Shown: positions 36,565 to 47,089, numbered from the stretch's first letter. The stretch is 62,017 nucleotides of DNA from an uncultured Clostridia bacterium (GCA_944393365.1 CALXZZ010000001.1:1-62017); one strand, 5' to 3'. Notes: a model not told the origin generated them from the sequence alone. Made by a program: numbers and translations.

Positions 36565-36872
36565 AAAAAAACATCATCCTTTCAATCTTTTGTGAAAATT
36601 CATACTGCAGATTGAAAATTTTATTCCCCCTTTTTGCAAAAACAAAACTTATAAAATGTACTTTTTCATAACGTAAAATGACCTGAAACATACGGAAATT
36701 TAAATTTTCTTATTTCTTTCTTCTGGTAAATTTTACCATTTCTTTACAAATATGTCAAGAATATTTCAAATAAATTTCATCGACTTTTTTCGCAAAATGT
36801 ATAAAAAATCCTAAATTGTCAATAATGAATTATATAGAAGATTTTTCAAAAAAAGTTTTTAGGAGGTAACTT

Positions 36873-37538
36873 ATGAAAAAGATATTAAATTTTATTAAAA
36901 ATCCCAAGGTAAAAATGGTAACAATTTTAAGTTTTCTATTATTTGCTTATACATCAATTTGTGCAATCTCATATGCACAAAGTGTATCGATAGATTTAGC
37001 AGACAGTGTTTTTCGTCTACATGTAATCGCAAATAGTGATAGTGAGGAAGACCAAAATTTAAAATATATAGTAAGAGACAATTTACTTTCTTATATGAAA
37101 GAAATTTGCTCTGATTGTACAAATAAAGAAGAATCTATAAAAATAGTTCAAGAACATTCAGAGGATTTTGAACAAATTGCTAAAAATACAATCAATGAAC
37201 AAGGTTATTCTTATGATGTAAAAATAAATATTGGAAATTTTGAATTTCCTACAAAAACTTACGGAGATATATCTTTACCAGCAGGATATTATGATGCATT
37301 ACGTGTTGAAATAGGTGAAGCAAAAGGTCAAAACTGGTGGTGTGTAATGTTTCCTCCTCTATGTTTCGTAGATGTTACTTCTGGTGTAGTTCCAGATGAA
37401 TCTAAAGAAATTATGGAAGAAAATATGAACGAAGAAGAATATGCTCTTATATCAGATGACTCTAATGATGAACTTCAATTTAAGTTTAAATTAATTGAGT
37501 TATTCCAAGAATTTGGAATACTTACTGCAAAAAAATAA
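36873..37538 (+). CDS. spoIIR: Stage II sporulation protein R
   Basis: Contains FRLHVIANSDSEEDQNLKYIVRD and GQNWWCVMFPPLCF, which are hallmark SpoIIR blocks. N-terminal signal/TM. Confidence 0.85.
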   Translation: MKKILNFIKNPKVKMVTILSFLLFAYTSICAISYAQSVSIDLADSVFRLHVIANSDSEEDQNLKYIVRDNLLSYMKEICSDCTNKEESIKIVQEHSEDFEQIAKNTINEQGYSYDVKINIGNFEFPTKTYGDISLPAGYYDALRVEIGEAKGQNWWCVMFPPLCFVDVTSGVVPDESKEIMEENMNEEEYALISDDSNDELQFKFKLIELFQEFGILTAKK

Positions 37539-37616
37539 AACTTCTAAATATAATAATGTAAAGATGTGAAAAAATAGTTGCAATAATCTTAAGTTTATGT
37601 TATATTTTATAGGTAG

Positions 37617-37648
37617 TAGAGTGTTATGCAAAAATACACTCTATTTTT
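37617..37648 (+). terminator. Terminator after spoIIR
   Basis: TAGAGTGT / ACACTCTA stem followed by TTTTT. Confidence 0.55.
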
Positions 37649-37745
37649 AAGCTTAAAACATTTAATTATAATATTTACAAATATTCTTTAAAAATATATA
37701 TTTTAGAAATCAAACAATAATTTAGAATTAATGGGGGTAATTTAA

Positions 37746-39005
37746 TTGGAAAAATTAGTAATAAAAGGTCCTACTCCTTTAAAAGGTGAAGTAACAATAA
37801 GCGGAGCAAAAAATGCAGCAGTTGCAATTTTACCTGCCACATTATTAATTGATGGAGTTTGTACAATTGAAAATTTGCCAAATATTAGTGATATAAAAAT
37901 TTCTTGTGAAATATTAGAACAATTAGGAGCAAAAATAACTTGGAATAATGAACATAGCATAACTATTGATACAACAAATATTACAACTACAAAAGCTCCA
38001 TTAGATTTAACAAGCAAATTTAGGGCTTCTTATTATATAATAGGAGCTATGCTTGGTAGAAAAGGAGAAATTGAAGTTGGTATGCCTGGTGGTTGCAAAC
38101 TAGGTGCAAGACCAATTGATCAACATATAAAAGGGTTTGAAATGCTTGGTGCTACAGTTAATTTGGAAAAAGGAACAATTTATGCTAAAGCAAAAAAATT
38201 AAAAGCAGCTCCAATTTATATGGATATTGTATCTGTTGGTGCTACAATTAATGTAATGCTTGCAAGTGTACTAGCAAAAGGAACAACTACAATTGATAAT
38301 GCTGCAAAAGAACCTCATATAGTAGATGTTGCAAACTTTTTAAATACAATGGGAGCTGACATTAGAGGTGCTGGTACAGATGTAATAAAAATTAATGGAG
38401 TAGAAAAATTAAATGGTGGCTGTACATATAGTGTTGTTCCAGACCAAATAGAAGCTGGTACATTCATGCTTGCAGCAGTTGCAACAAGAGGTGATTTAAC
38501 ATTAAAAAATTGTATTACAAAGCACTTAGAATCAATTACAGCCAAAATTGTTGAGGTTGGCGGAAATGTTGAAGATAATGGAGATAGTATCCGTATTTGG
38601 TGTAACAAAAGACCAAATAACGCTAATATTAAAACATTACCTTATCCAGGATTTCCAACTGATTTACAACCACAAATGGGAGTTGTATTAGCTCTTGCAA
38701 ATGGGACAAGTGTAATAAATGAAAGTATTTGGGAATCTAGATTTCAATATACAGAAGAATTAAATAAAATGGGAGCAAAAATTACAGCTCAAGGAAAAAC
38801 AGCATTTTTTGAAGGTGTAAAAAAATTATATGGTGCACCTGTTTACTCTAGTGATTTAAGAGCTGGAGCAGCACTTGTAATTGCTGGAACTGCAGCAGAA
38901 GGTGAAACTGAAATATATAATCTTGAACATATTGATAGAGGATATGAAAATATAGAAGAAAAATTCAGAAAAATTGGTGCTAAAATCGAAAGAGTAAAAG
39001 AATAG
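37746..39005 (+). CDS. murA: UDP-N-acetylglucosamine 1-carboxyvinyltransferase
   Basis: 419 aa with a TTG start. Contains GEVTISGAKNAA, the active-site loop GGCKLGARPIDQH and FPTDLQPQ. Confidence 0.95.
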   Translation: MEKLVIKGPTPLKGEVTISGAKNAAVAILPATLLIDGVCTIENLPNISDIKISCEILEQLGAKITWNNEHSITIDTTNITTTKAPLDLTSKFRASYYIIGAMLGRKGEIEVGMPGGCKLGARPIDQHIKGFEMLGATVNLEKGTIYAKAKKLKAAPIYMDIVSVGATINVMLASVLAKGTTTIDNAAKEPHIVDVANFLNTMGADIRGAGTDVIKINGVEKLNGGCTYSVVPDQIEAGTFMLAAVATRGDLTLKNCITKHLESITAKIVEVGGNVEDNGDSIRIWCNKRPNNANIKTLPYPGFPTDLQPQMGVVLALANGTSVINESIWESRFQYTEELNKMGAKITAQGKTAFFEGVKKLYGAPVYSSDLRAGAALVIAGTAAEGETEIYNLEHIDRGYENIEEKFRKIGAKIERVKE

Positions 39006-39096
39006 CCAATAAAACATTAATAAGAAAAAATATAATAATTAACAAAGGAAAAATTAGTTTAACTAACTAATTTATGCCTTAAGGAAGGTATAAAAA

Positions 39097-39885
39097 ATGT
39101 TTAAGTTTTGTAGTTTATATAGTGGAAGTAGCGGAAATAGTTTATTTATAGAAACACAAAATACTAAATTACTAATTGATGCAGGTGTTAGTAGCAAGAA
39201 AATTGAAAATGCTTTAAATGATATTAACATTGATCCATCTACACTTGATGGAATTTTAGTAACACATGAACATGTAGACCATGTACAGGGTCTTGGAACA
39301 TTATCTAAGAAGTTTGACTTACCTGTTTTCGTAAATCAAGAAACATTAGATGCAATGCCAAAACAAAAAGATAAAATTTCAGAAAAAAATGTTAAAACAT
39401 TTAAAGTTTCAGATAAATTTGAAATTGGAGATTTAGAAATCAAGCCTTTTTCAATTCCACATGATGCTGCTAACCCATGTGGTTTCAACATTTGGAAAGA
39501 TAATAAAAAGATAAGTATTGCAACAGATATTGGACATATGACAAATCCTATTTTAAAAAGTTTAGAGGAAAGCCTATTTATAATGTTAGAAGCAAATTAC
39601 GACCCAGAAGTATTGCGTTGTTCTCCATATCCTTTTACACTAAAATCAAGGATTGCTGGTCCAACAGGACATTTGCCAAATGAGATGGCTGGAAAGACAA
39701 TTTCTCATTTATTAAAGTCTGGACTCAAAAATGCTATGTTAGGCCACTTAAGTAAACAAAGTAATTTTCCAGAACTTGCTTATAAAACTGTTGTAGACGA
39801 ATTGATTTCTAACAATTATAACGAAGATTGTATTTCTCTTAGTGTTGCAAGTAGAGATAATCATAGTAAAATTATTACAATTTAA
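39097..39885 (+). CDS. MBL-fold metallo-hydrolase (YycJ/WalJ-like)
   Basis: HEHVDH motif. 262 aa, directly upstream of rlmH as in Bacillus. Confidence 0.85.
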   Translation: MFKFCSLYSGSSGNSLFIETQNTKLLIDAGVSSKKIENALNDINIDPSTLDGILVTHEHVDHVQGLGTLSKKFDLPVFVNQETLDAMPKQKDKISEKNVKTFKVSDKFEIGDLEIKPFSIPHDAANPCGFNIWKDNKKISIATDIGHMTNPILKSLEESLFIMLEANYDPEVLRCSPYPFTLKSRIAGPTGHLPNEMAGKTISHLLKSGLKNAMLGHLSKQSNFPELAYKTVVDELISNNYNEDCISLSVASRDNHSKIITI

Positions 39886-39899
39886 AATAGGAGATTATA

Positions 39900-40379
39900 A
39901 TGTTAAATATTCAAATAATTTGTATTGGGAAAATTAAAGAAGATTATTTAAAAAGCGCCATAAACGAATATAGTAAAAGACTTTCAAAATATTGCAAACT
40001 TGAAATTTTAGAACTTCCAGATGAGAAAATCCCTGATAAATTAAATACAAGTTTAGCTAATGAAATAAAACAAAAGGAATGTTCTAATATAATTAAACAT
40101 TTAAAAAAATCTTCTTATAATATTGCTCTTGACCTAAGTGGAAAACAATTAACTTCTGAACAATTTTCAGAAAAAATAGAAAGTCTTTCTATGACAAATA
40201 GTAATATCACATTTATTATTGGTGGTTCACTTGGATTAACAAATGAGCTTTTAAACTACTGCCAAGAAAAATTATGCTTTTCAAAAATGACATTTCCTCA
40301 TCAATTAATAAGAGTTTTCTTATTAGAACAAATTTTTAGAGGATTTAAAATTGCACACAATGAAACATACCACAGATAA
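39900..40379 (+). CDS. rlmH: 23S rRNA (pseudouridine1915-N3)-methyltransferase
   Basis: 159-aa SPOUT protein with ITFIIGGSLGL and a C-terminal FPHQLIRVFLLEQIFRGFKI. Confidence 0.9.
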   Translation: MLNIQIICIGKIKEDYLKSAINEYSKRLSKYCKLEILELPDEKIPDKLNTSLANEIKQKECSNIIKHLKKSSYNIALDLSGKQLTSEQFSEKIESLSMTNSNITFIIGGSLGLTNELLNYCQEKLCFSKMTFPHQLIRVFLLEQIFRGFKIAHNETYHR

Positions 40380-40818
40380 TTTTTATATTTAAAAAATTTA
40401 AGTATATACATATATATAGTTTTGTAGAGAAAATAAAATATAGACAAATTGTAGGGGCCAAACTTAAAACCTTATGCATATATTTAAAAATGGGGGAATT
40501 TTCTCTACAAAATAAAAAACAGAATTAAATCTCACTTTTTATCAATTAGTATTGAAATAATTTACATTCAAAAAAATATTTTTTATTAGTTTTTAATATT
40601 CTCTATTTCTTTCAATAATTTTTTTGATAAAATACGAATTATAATTTTCCTGATTGTAAAAAATAAGAATATAAATAACAAAATTTTATAAATCATAACT
40701 TGTCCTTTTGAATTGAATTTTAATGATTATATATCAAATGGAAATATTTGTCAACAAAAACTTTTCGACAAATTACAACATATTTTTTAATAAAATTATA
40801 AAATTATTTTCATTAATT

Positions 40819-41346
40819 CTACACAAAAAATTGACAAACTATTATACTTGTAATAATTCCAACAATATCTGCTGTTAATGCTGCAAGTAAGATATATCTT
40901 GTCTTTTTAATCTTCACACAACTTGTATAAACTGCAATAGTATATAGAGTAGTTTCTGTTGAACCCATGATAACAGAAGCCATCATTCCTAAAGGTGTAT
41001 CTGTACCGTAATTTCTCATAATATCTGTCGCAATGGCAATCGAACTACTACCAGAAATTGGCCTTAACATTGCAAGCGGCATAAGTTCAGTAGGAAATTT
41101 TACTATTGATAACAAAGGATTTAAAATATTTATTATAAGGTCTAAAATCCCTGAACTTCTTAAAGCTCCAATTGCAACAAATAAACCAATTAAAGTAGGC
41201 AAAATGTTAATAACGATTCCTAATCCCTCTTTTGCACCATCTAAAAAATCATCAAAAACATTTTTCTTTTCTTTTAAACCATATATAACAATAATTAAAA
41301 TAATCAATGGCATAGCCAAATTTGAAATAAAATTTACTAATTTCAT
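40819..41346 (-). CDS. spmB: Spore maturation protein B
   Basis: Multi-TM nucleoside-recognition-type protein downstream of spmA. ATG at 41346 is preferred over the GTG at 41355. Confidence 0.8.
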   Translation of the reverse strand: MKLVNFISNLAMPLIILIIVIYGLKEKKNVFDDFLDGAKEGLGIVINILPTLIGLFVAIGALRSSGILDLIINILNPLLSIVKFPTELMPLAMLRPISGSSSIAIATDIMRNYGTDTPLGMMASVIMGSTETTLYTIAVYTSCVKIKKTRYILLAALTADIVGIITSIIVCQFFV

Positions 41347-41414
41347 TATTAGCACATTCCTTTCTAAAGGTGCAACTTTTCTTAATTTAAAATATTAAAA
41401 ATTATACTTATTTA

Positions 41415-42002
41415 TTACTTGTCATTTTGAGTTACTTTAATCAATATTTTAACTGCAATAATTCCGCAAATTGCTGCACAAATAGTAGCAATCCAAACTG
41501 GAAAAACAATTGCTGTTGGATTTTCAGAACCTAGTGAATTTCTAATTGCTATAACTGTAGTAGGAATAATTTGAATAGAAGCTGTATTTATAACAATAAA
41601 CATTGCCATAGAATCTGTTAACCTATCCTTTTGTGGGTTTTCCTCCTGCATTGATTTCATTGCTTTTAATCCTAATGGAGTTGCAGCATTTCCTAAACCT
41701 AAAATATTTGCAATCATATTCATAGAAATTTCTTTTTGAATTTTAGGTTTTGTTCTTAATTCAGGAAATAAATATCTTATAATAGGCTTTAAAAATCCAG
41801 TCAATTTGTCTATTACAGAAGTTTTACTTGCAACTTGCATTATTCCATTCCAAAGACAAATTGTCCCTAACAAATTAATTGAAAGATTTATTGCATCTTC
41901 TGTGCTTTTAAATATTTCTGAATTTAATAAATTAATATCTCCAAAAAAAATTGCATAAGAGAATGATAATATTATAAAAATTGGCCAAACTATATTTAAC
42001 AT
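41415..42002 (-). CDS. spmA: Spore maturation protein A
   Basis: Gate/nucleoside-recognition domain membrane protein (NLLGTICLWNGIMQVA). The AGGTGA RBS favours the ATG at 42002. Confidence 0.8.
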   Translation of the reverse strand: MLNIVWPIFIILSFSYAIFFGDINLLNSEIFKSTEDAINLSINLLGTICLWNGIMQVASKTSVIDKLTGFLKPIIRYLFPELRTKPKIQKEISMNMIANILGLGNAATPLGLKAMKSMQEENPQKDRLTDSMAMFIVINTASIQIIPTTVIAIRNSLGSENPTAIVFPVWIATICAAICGIIAVKILIKVTQNDK

Positions 42003-42130
42003 GGTTATCACCTAAATAATTTTATGCAAAACTTGACTTTTTATTACATTTTAATTGACCTTATGTCTTAATTGTGATATATTAATATTGCATAGGATTG
42101 TAAACTAAAACTTTTAAGGAGGATACGTTT

Positions 42131-42403
42131 ATGAAGTCAACTGGAATTATAAGAAGAGTAGATGAACTTGGACGTGTTGTTATACCTATAGAAATCAGAA
42201 ATCAATTTAATATAGTTGAAAAAGACCCTATCGAAATATATGTTGAGGGATCATCTATCATCTTAAAAAAGTTTGAACCAAATTGCATTTTCTGCGGTAA
42301 TACAAAAAATTTATTAAAATATCATGATAAATTAATTTGTAAAAATTGTTCTAAAAAAATTGGACAATTAGAAGAAAATCAAGAAAATGAAGTAAAAGAA
42401 TAA
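42131..42403 (+). CDS. abrB: Transition state regulator AbrB
   Basis: MKSTGIIRRVDELGRVVIPIEIR swapped-hairpin N-domain. AGGAGG RBS. Adjacent to rsmI/yabB as in Bacillus. Confidence 0.85.
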   Translation: MKSTGIIRRVDELGRVVIPIEIRNQFNIVEKDPIEIYVEGSSIILKKFEPNCIFCGNTKNLLKYHDKLICKNCSKKIGQLEENQENEVKE

Positions 42404-42421
42404 GGGCAAATAGCCCTTTTC
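42402..42421 (+). terminator. Terminator after abrB
   Basis: AAGGGC aaata GCCCTT followed by TTTT. Confidence 0.5.
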
Positions 42422-42447
42422 TCATGCAAAGAAATATATCTGATTTA

Positions 42448-43272
42448 TTATGTATCTATAAACTTTTGATAAATTTCATTTTTATTAACTTTTCTATCTT
42501 TAGCAATTCTTTTTATTATTTCTTTTTTATCTAACCCCTGACTTTCATACATTTTATAATGTTCTTCTAAACTAATATTGGTAAAATCTTCATTATCATT
42601 TTTAATACACTCATTTTTTTCAATCATAATTACTATTTCACCTTTTATATTATCAGCAATATTTATAATATCATCTATCTTTCCTCTCACAAATTCTTCA
42701 TGAATCTTAGTTATTTCTCTTGCCAAAACTATTTTTCTATCTTCAATAATTTCTTTTAAGTCTTGTAAAGTTACTTTTAATTTATGTGGCGCTTCATAAA
42801 GAATAATTGTATCTTTAGCATTTTGTATTTCCTTCAATTTCTCTTTTCTAGATTTTTTATTTAATGGCAAAAAACCTATAAAAGTAAATTCACTTGTATC
42901 TAATCCAGAACAAATCAATGCATTAATCATTGCACATGCTCCTGGTATAGGTATAATTTCAATATTTCTGTCTATACATTCTTTTATAATTTCATGTCCT
43001 GGATCACAAATTCCAGGTGTTCCCGCATCAGATACTAATGCAATATTTTGTCCTTCTTCTAATTTTTCAATTAATACTTTTGACTTTACATCTTCATTAT
43101 GCCTATGATAGCTTATTAGTGGCTTTGAAATTTCTAAATGATTTAATAATTTTAAAGTGTGTCTTGTATCTTCAGCAGCAATTATATCAACATTTTTTAA
43201 TACATCAATTGCTCTTAAAGTAATGTCTCCTAAATTTCCAATAGGTGTTGCAACTATATATAATTTTCCCAT
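42448..43272 (-). CDS. rsmI: 16S rRNA (cytidine1402-2'-O)-methyltransferase
   Basis: Contains GKLYIVATPIGNLGDITLRA...AAEDTRHT...SDAGTPGICDPG, the tetrapyrrole-methylase fold signature of RsmI. Confidence 0.9.
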   Translation of the reverse strand: MGKLYIVATPIGNLGDITLRAIDVLKNVDIIAAEDTRHTLKLLNHLEISKPLISYHRHNEDVKSKVLIEKLEEGQNIALVSDAGTPGICDPGHEIIKECIDRNIEIIPIPGACAMINALICSGLDTSEFTFIGFLPLNKKSRKEKLKEIQNAKDTIILYEAPHKLKVTLQDLKEIIEDRKIVLAREITKIHEEFVRGKIDDIINIADNIKGEIVIMIEKNECIKNDNEDFTNISLEEHYKMYESQGLDKKEIIKRIAKDRKVNKNEIYQKFIDT

Positions 43273-43306
43273 TTAAATTCTCCTTTTTTTATTTTACAAT
43301 TTAAAT

Positions 43307-44056
43307 TTAATTATTATAAATTTTTTTAATTTCTTCAGTATAATTATTTTTCTCATCATAAATATATAAATTATTTTGAATTTTTAAAAATGGCTTTGCA
43401 TTTCTAATACCTTTAATTAAAACTAATTTAGGTGGTTTATTATAATTAGAACAAACCATTCTCATCAATTTAGGCTCAATTTTATATTTTCTCATTAAAT
43501 CTAAAATATCTACTAATCTTTCAGGTCTATGTACTATATAAAATTCGCCCTTATCTTTTAACAAATTACTTGATACTTTAATAAAATCTTCTAAATCGGC
43601 TGTAATTTCATGTCTTGAAATTAATTTTTCTTCTTTTTCGTTTATAACTCCTTCTCCTTTTTTCTTATAAGGTGGATTTGTTATAATAACATCAAATTTA
43701 TTTTCTAAACCTTTTTCAATAAAAAAATTATTATTTAAATTTAAAATATTACTACAAATAATTTCTATTTTATTTTGTAAATTATTTAATTCTACACTTC
43801 TTTTTGCCATATCAGCGACATTTTCTTGTATTTCAATACCAACTGCTTTTTTTATATTTATTTTTCCAGATAATAAAATTGGTATAATTCCTGTACCTGT
43901 GCCTAAATCTAATATTGTAGAATTTTCTTTTATATTTTTTGCAAAATTTACTAATAATACACTATCTATTCCAAAGCAAAACCAATTTTTATTTTGTATT
44001 ATTTTTAAATTATTACAACCTAAATCATCAATTCTTTCATTTTCCTTCAAATTCAT
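43307..44056 (-). CDS. SAM-dependent methyltransferase, tRNA (adenine37-N6) TrmN6/YabB-like
   Basis: DLGTGTGIIPILL SAM motif and an NPPY motif (ITNPPYKKKGEG). Confidence 0.8.
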   Translation of the reverse strand: MNLKENERIDDLGCNNLKIIQNKNWFCFGIDSVLLVNFAKNIKENSTILDLGTGTGIIPILLSGKINIKKAVGIEIQENVADMAKRSVELNNLQNKIEIICSNILNLNNNFFIEKGLENKFDVIITNPPYKKKGEGVINEKEEKLISRHEITADLEDFIKVSSNLLKDKGEFYIVHRPERLVDILDLMRKYKIEPKLMRMVCSNYNKPPKLVLIKGIRNAKPFLKIQNNLYIYDEKNNYTEEIKKIYNN

Positions 44057-44564
44057 TTTCTATTAACTCTCCTCGCTCATTTTTAATGTATTTTCTTTTT
44101 ATTTTGATTTTTTACTATTTTATTTAATTTTTTTCTATTTTTTTTATTTTATAAATTATTTAATATTATTTTTTTAATTATTTTTTTATTTTTAATATTA
44201 TTTTTTATTATTTTCTTAATTATTTTTTTATTAATTTTTTAATTTTTTATTTCTATTAAAATATTTAATATTTATTAAATTTAATTTAAAATCTAATTTT
44301 CTTATTTATCTCTTTTTTTCTAATTTATTCTATTTTTTACGATTTAATTCTAATTTATTTAAAATAAAAAATTTCTAACCTTTATTTTCATAGCATTTCC
44401 TATTTTTAAGAATTTTTTTCTAATTTATTCTAATTTATTCTAATTTTTTTAAAATTAAATTTTATTAACAAATAAATTAATTTATCATATTATATAACAA
44501 AAATGTAAAATTAGCAAAAAATAAAATTTTTCAAATTGGATTTATAACAAATAAAATAGAAAAG

Positions 44565-44789
44565 GTGAAAATGATGAATAACTTTCCATCAGAAAATCTT
44601 GAAAATAATTTAAATAAAGAAATAAATAATGAAAACAATAGAGGAGGAAAAAATCCCCCTCCTAAAAAACATTTTGATTTTAAATGTTGTAAAGATAATA
44701 CAATTAAATCCCTACATGATGTAGAACACTTTTTGAATAATTTTCAACATTATTTTAAATATTTCAAATTATATAAACTATTAAAATAA
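44565..44789 (+). CDS. Hypothetical small protein (about 72 aa)
   Basis: ORF after the AT-rich spacer. Asn-rich, no family recognised. Confidence 0.3.
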   Translation: MKMMNNFPSENLENNLNKEINNENNRGGKNPPPKKHFDFKCCKDNTIKSLHDVEHFLNNFQHYFKYFKLYKLLK

Positions 44790-44847
44790 CTCTATTTTTT
44801 AACTCATTATTTTTCAATATTTAGCTGTTAAAAAAGAATTAAATTTT

Positions 44848-45396
44848 TCAACCTATTCTAGTATATACCTCATTAAATTCCGGATTTTCCTGTCCATTTA
44901 TTAATATCTTAACTTCATTAATTTCTGTTAATTCTGTTAATGTGTTTACAATACTATTAATTAAATTTTCTTTTCCATTTTCTGATTCTTTACCATAATT
45001 CAAAAATTCAGCTGAAAAATCTAAAACTATGCAATCTCCTTCTAAATAATTTTGAAGCAACTGTGTATTTTCTGGCATCAATTTTTTATTTTTTTCATTT
45101 TTAGGTCCTTCAATTAATAAATTAACTAATTTTTCATATGGGTTAGCCATCATATCTTTTATATCTAATAACCTTGCTTCTGGAACTAATTCATTTGTTT
45201 GACTATCTAGAAAATATAAACTTACAATTGTTTGTCTTAATTGTTCTTCTGTTATTTCTTCTTCTGGTACATATTCTTCTACTATTGTTTCTTCATTTTT
45301 ACTTTTTACATATTTTATTGCAAAATATCCTCCTATTAAAAGTAATACCAAAAGACAAACAAATATTATTAGTATTTTTTTATTCTTCATATGCAT
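44848..45396 (-). CDS. GerMN domain (germination protein M-like) lipoprotein or membrane-anchored protein
   Basis: N-terminal TM/signal, then VSLYFLDSQTNELVPEARL...LIEGP...VLDFSAEF, typical of GerMN. Confidence 0.7.
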   Translation of the reverse strand: MHMKNKKILIIFVCLLVLLLIGGYFAIKYVKSKNEETIVEEYVPEEEITEEQLRQTIVSLYFLDSQTNELVPEARLLDIKDMMANPYEKLVNLLIEGPKNEKNKKLMPENTQLLQNYLEGDCIVLDFSAEFLNYGKESENGKENLINSIVNTLTELTEINEVKILINGQENPEFNEVYTRIG

Positions 45397-45458
45397 ATCC
45401 TCCTCTTCAAATTAACTACTAAATATTTATTATTTGTTTGTCCAATTTAGAACTTTTT

Positions 45459-46733
45459 TTAATTTTTTAATGCTGTTATTGGAACAACATATACTCCATC
45501 TGGTCTTTTGTATGCTGCATTTGCTAATCCACATATTACACATAATATCTTTGGAACTTTCCCATTTTCTTTTTTTATCTCATCTTTAATTTTTAACAAA
45601 TTTTCACTTGCCTCATCTATTTGATTTGCGCCTAATTTTATTTCAAATGCACACCACTCTCCATTTTCTAATTCAACTACTGCATCAATTTCTCTATCTT
45701 TATAATCTTGATAATGATATAAATTGGCCCTAAATGATTCTGCATAAATTTTTAAATCCCTTTCACATAACGCTTCAAATAAAAATCCCAAAGTATTTAA
45801 GTCATTTAATAATTTTTCAGGAGTTGCTTTAAGCAAACTACATGGAAGTGATGGATCAACAAAATGTCTTTTTTCACTTTGTTTGACTTTAACAGAAGAT
45901 CTAATGTTTTCTGCAAAAGGTTTTTGATTGTCAAGTATAAATAATCTAGTAAATATATCTAAATAAGAAGCAACAGTGTCTATATCTATATCTTCATCAT
46001 CTATTTCTTTAATATCTCTTTTTAAAGTTTTATTTGTTACAGTTGTGCTCTCATTTCTAGCTAAAGAACGTAACAATAGTTTCATTTTATTAATATCTCT
46101 TTTTACACCATCTATTCTATATACATCATCATCTAGTATTGCATCTATATATGATTCAGGTAAAAGACCAGCCCTCTCAATAGGTACATTTAAATTACCT
46201 GGCCAACCTCCTCTTATAATAAATTCTATAATTTTTCTTAAATCAACCTCTCCCGTTAATTTTTCTTTCATATTTCCATTGCATAAATCTTGTAATGATA
46301 TATCTCCTGTTGAATCCCCTGATTCATATAATGACATTGGCCTCATTCTTAATTTTCCAATTCTTCCAGCACCACTATGCAATATCCCCTTATGATTTGG
46401 AGTAGCTGAACCAGTTAAAATGAATTGCCCTTTTTCTGCAGTTTTATCAACTTCATATCTTACTGCATCCCAAAGTCTAGGAACTTCTTGCCATTCATCA
46501 ATCAATCTTGGTTTTTCACCTTCTAGTACTATATTAGGTGCTGTTTCAGCTAACTTTTTGTTTTGAAAATTACCTTCTGGATTACCTATCATAATAGAGC
46601 TATTACTATGATAAATTGATGACCAAGTCTTTCCACACCATTTCGCTCCTTCTATACATACAGCTCCAAAAGTTTTTAAATATTCATCTATCATATTATC
46701 AATTATTCTTGGTTTATAATTTTTAATTTCCAT
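45459..46733 (-). CDS. AAA+ ATPase with DUF4143 (AAA_14 family)
   Basis: GAKWCGKT Walker A, a FILTGS Walker B-like segment, and a C-terminal REIDAVVE...WCAFEIK restriction-endonuclease-like DUF4143 signature. Confidence 0.8.
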   Translation of the reverse strand: MEIKNYKPRIIDNMIDEYLKTFGAVCIEGAKWCGKTWSSIYHSNSSIMIGNPEGNFQNKKLAETAPNIVLEGEKPRLIDEWQEVPRLWDAVRYEVDKTAEKGQFILTGSATPNHKGILHSGAGRIGKLRMRPMSLYESGDSTGDISLQDLCNGNMKEKLTGEVDLRKIIEFIIRGGWPGNLNVPIERAGLLPESYIDAILDDDVYRIDGVKRDINKMKLLLRSLARNESTTVTNKTLKRDIKEIDDEDIDIDTVASYLDIFTRLFILDNQKPFAENIRSSVKVKQSEKRHFVDPSLPCSLLKATPEKLLNDLNTLGFLFEALCERDLKIYAESFRANLYHYQDYKDREIDAVVELENGEWCAFEIKLGANQIDEASENLLKIKDEIKKENGKVPKILCVICGLANAAYKRPDGVYVVPITALKN

Positions 46734-46764
46734 ACTAAATCACTCCTAAATATATTATACACCA

Positions 46765-46879
46765 TTCCGTGCATTTTTGCAATATCAATCCGTGAGTTTT
46801 TTAATTTTCATTCCGTGTATTTTTATAATTTCGTTCCGTGCATTTTTCAAACTACATTCCGTGATTTTTTCACAACTTA
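46765..46879. repeat. Five perfectly phased 23-bp direct repeats with a TTCCGTG core (iteron-like or operator array)
   Basis: (T/A)TCCGTG starts at 46765, 46788, 46811, 46834 and 46857. Each is followed by a T tract, and the unit tails are degenerate. Confidence 0.85.
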
Positions 46880-47089
46880 TAAATATATTCTATACAAACA
46901 AAGCAAAATTATTCCCCTTTCAATTTATTACATTAATATTACGTATTTTTTCTTCAAAAATAGCATATTTCATTATAATAAAGTAAGTTTTTTCCATTTG
47001 ACAAAATTCGGTTTTCCGTATACAATTATAGATGTTACAATAAAGAAAGTTTTAAGACAAAAACTAACTTTTTTTGTAGAAAAGAAAGG

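Noticed and set aside
44057-44560. The AT-rich spacer as a replication origin
   Set aside because: No DnaA-box-like TTATCCACA/TGTGGATAA motifs are present, and there is no dnaA or dnaN nearby.
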